A stretch of 64,000 bases of DNA from Candidatus Altimarinota bacterium (GTDB taxonomy: Bacteria > Patescibacteriota > Gracilibacteria > JANQMV01). Both the position numbers and the translations under genes were made by a program. Position 1 is the stretch's first letter, and each line of letters starts with the position of its first letter. The stretch covers positions 3,630 to 67,629 of the forward strand of contig JANQMV010000010.1 of the NCBI GenBank assembly GCA_028279865.1, written 5' to 3'. The notes under the pieces were generated by a model that made no database searches, had not been told where the DNA came from, and saw only the letters and a list, made by a program, of their open reading frames with translations. Shown piece after piece: positions 61,649-64,000 of this stretch.

Positions 61649-63715
61649 ATGCAAAATATAAAAAGAACAACCCTTACTTGTGCTTTATTAATAAGTTTAT
61701 TTGGTTTTTGAGAAATTGTCTATGGATTTTCACAGGTTATTACTGTCGGAGGAGAGCAAGTTAGGGTAACAGGAGCAAGTCAGCAACAGTTAAATGATTG
61801 GGTCAACCACGCTAGATCTACATGAAGCTTCTCGCAAGCGCGAAGTGATTTGCTAAGATGAGCAGATCATGCTGGAGGAGGGGTCGCGTATAATTCAGCA
61901 ACAAGAGTTACTTGTGTGAATTGAGCCGGTTTAGAGTTAATACCCTCACAACCGCCACCACCACCAACTAGATATACGCATTATACGACATGATCATGGT
62001 GAAGTTGTTCCGGTTCTTGGTCGAGTTGGAGAATTAGTGGCAGTCAGAAATGTCGTACACTTTCGGGTACACAAAGTCGCTCGGTAACTTCTTATACCAG
62101 TTATAATGGACCGAATCAAAGTCGACCTTCTAGCTCGAGACCTTGTAATGATTCTCAATGTGTTTCAGTTCCAACTTATACACGTTATTCTACATGACCA
62201 TGGTGAAGTTGTTCCGGTTCTTGGTCGAGTTGGAGAATTAACGGCAGTCAGAAATGTCGCACACTTTCTGGTACGCAAAGCCGTTTGGTAAGTTCTTATT
62301 CAAGCTATAGCGGACCAAGCCAAAGTCGACCTTCTAGCTCAAGATCTTGTAGTGATTCTCAATGTGTCCCACGTCCGAGGTATACGCATTATACGACATG
62401 ATCATGGTGAAGCTGTTCCGGTTCTTGGTCGAGTTGGAACTCAAGCAATCATTGTAGAACTTATTCAGGTACTCGCAGTCGTTCGGTGACTTCTTACACA
62501 AACTACACCCCTCCGAATGAAAGCCGACCTTCTAGCTCGACATCTTGCACTCGTTTGGAATGCGATAATACCTCTCCAACCTGTCAAATTGCCTTAAGCA
62601 CAACTCAATGGTCTAATTCCAACATTACCGCGACTGCGAGTTGTCATGAAACAGGTTCTCCTGTGTCAGGTTGTACGCAATCAACTCAAAATCAAACACT
62701 GACATCCAATGGTCAAGTTGCGAATTTTACAGTTTCAGATAAGGCAGGTAATCAAGTTAGCTGCCAAAGTAATGCGGCAAAAATTGACAAACTCGCGCCA
62801 AGCTGTGCCGTTGCCTTAGAACCAAGTGGTTGGGTGGACGAGAGTGAAGAGGCTAAAGTGGTTGCGACATGTACTGATCAGAATGCATCCAGTTCTTCAG
62901 GTAATTCAGGTTGTCTACAAAACACCAAAACAGAAGAGATAGCAGAAGCGAGAGAAGTTACCTTGACTGTCGCAGACCAGGCTGGAAATACCACAACTTG
63001 CGAATCTGTTTATCCAAAGATTCATTATGTTGAAATCCGAGGTTTACAAAATACAGAACCTAGTCCTGCTCTTAAGCAAGAATTAACGAATATAATTCGA
63101 CAAAATGTTGCAGATTTAACTCGAAACCAATTTCCAAATCCGAATAACAATATTTTAAATTATAATCTGAATAATAGTAGTATTGCTTATTATGAAGGAG
63201 ACGTCAGTTTGGATGCTTTTACCGTTTCCGGCAAAAAGACAATAATTGTTAAGGGCGGTAATTTATACTTAAAATGAAATGTAACTTATACCGATGCTAG
63301 TAGCATTTTAGGAATTATAATTTTACAAGATACTGATGGAAATGAAGGTGATGTTTACATAGACAATCAAGCGACAGATGTTCATGCAATTTTATTTTCC
63401 GAAGGTACAATGTTTAGTGTGAGTGGTAACACGAATACGATTATTGCAGATCGAGACAATACACTGATTAATCAGCTTTATTGGAAAGGCAGTGTGATTA
63501 CAAGTAATACGATTTGAGGTTTTAAAGACGGCACGGGCACACGAGAAAATGATTTGAAATATTTCAGGAGCTATCATCCGACGACAGGCGGACAAAAGTC
63601 TGGTGATCCTCAAGGTAGTGAAGCACCGATGATTATAGAGTATGATTCTGGTCTTCAAGGAAATGTTCCATATGGATTTGAACAACCTTCAGGATTTAGC
63701 TTTCAAGGAATTTAA
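61649..63715 (+). CDS. Secreted Cys/Trp/Ser-rich repeat protein. Needs table 25.
   Basis: One frame is open from ATG 61649 to TAA 63713-63715, with 12 in-frame TGA. It contains track ORF 62486-63277. Signal/TM segment TLTCALLISLFGF. Three 68-aa repeats, each with a GSWSSW...C...R.R motif. Confidence 0.7.
61973..62570 (+). repeat. Three tandem 204-nt coding repeats
   Basis: Units start at 61973, 62177 and 62381, each with TATAC(G/A)C(A/G)TTAT.C.ACATGA.CATGGTGAAG.TGTTCCGGTTCTTGGTCGAGTTGGA. The third unit diverges in its second half. Confidence 0.85.
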
Positions 63716-63879
63716 GATTTTTATCAACATCCATTAAAGTCAATGCCATGTTTTATCAAACAAGAAATACAAAACAAACTAAGTCTCCCTTCAAGGGGTG
63801 AAATGGTGCTTTTCTCAACTTGAGGAGTTTTACTCTACTACGTCTTTTTTCGTGATCACTACAAAAGACTTCACTAGAA

Positions 63880-64000
63880 ATGATGCGATTTGTCAAGGGG
63901 GGGCTAAGAGGGGCGTTCTGTCGCTGTTTAGCAACAATTCTTCTCTTTCAACTTATTCTTCCTGCAAACTTTATTTCTCAAGCCCAAGCCCTCACGACTA
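63880..64000 (+). CDS. N-terminus of a secreted protein (continues beyond the window)
   Basis: MMRFVKGGLRGAFCRCLATILLFQLILPANFISQAQA-LTT is a classical signal peptide with an AQA cleavage site. Confidence 0.4.
   Translation, partial: MMRFVKGGLRGAFCRCLATILLFQLILPANFISQAQALTT

Noticed and set aside
61973-62570. Regularly spaced repeats considered as a possible CRISPR array
   Set aside because: The period is 204 nt with no unique spacers, and the repeats lie in frame within a coding sequence. No short repeat-spacer array was seen anywhere in the window.

Overview
This is an AT-rich bacterial chromosomal segment that reads coherently only if TGA is a sense codon. Every gene end I checked (about 55) uses TAA or TAG. 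Five genes are continuous only when 37 in-frame TGA codons are read through. These are 1-942, 6318-7283, 11738-15733, 60134-61618 and 61649-63715, and the supplied standard-code ORF track fragments or misses them. A lipobox (LS-TGA-C), a TPR position-8 glycine and glycine-run contexts point to TGA=Gly. That is translation table 25, the code used by Gracilibacteria and Absconditabacteria (CPR). Gene content fits that lineage: ADP-forming acetyl-CoA synthetase, rpe/rpiB, a minimal pyruvate kinase, an SLH protein, and secE-nusG-rplK with no rplA. Core genes present are recO, xth, rplK, nusG, secE, rpmB, tRNA-Gly(GCC), msrAB, gyrA, rpe, rpiB, guaB, murC, a murF-like ligase, obg, pth, an rsmF-like methyltransferase, queD, dnaB and dnaE. 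Main points of interest: (1) the recoding and its strong bias toward a few exported proteins. (2) A family of short repeats that occurs between genes and is also inserted in frame inside murC and the rsmF-like gene. (3) A very AT-rich single-gene island encoding a 1418-aa NACHT/STAND (Avs-like) protein with an Mrr-like N-terminus, next to a tRNA-Gly locus rearranged around a small GIY-YIG gene. (4) A stand-alone 37-aa Gly/Cys-rich peptide gene. (5) Giant repeat-bearing surface proteins. (6) Several decayed or unusual genes: a deaminase pseudogene, a tspO split at an A7 run, an A-domain-only pyruvate kinase and a chorismate mutase-TrpE-like fusion. No CRISPR array or rRNA was seen.
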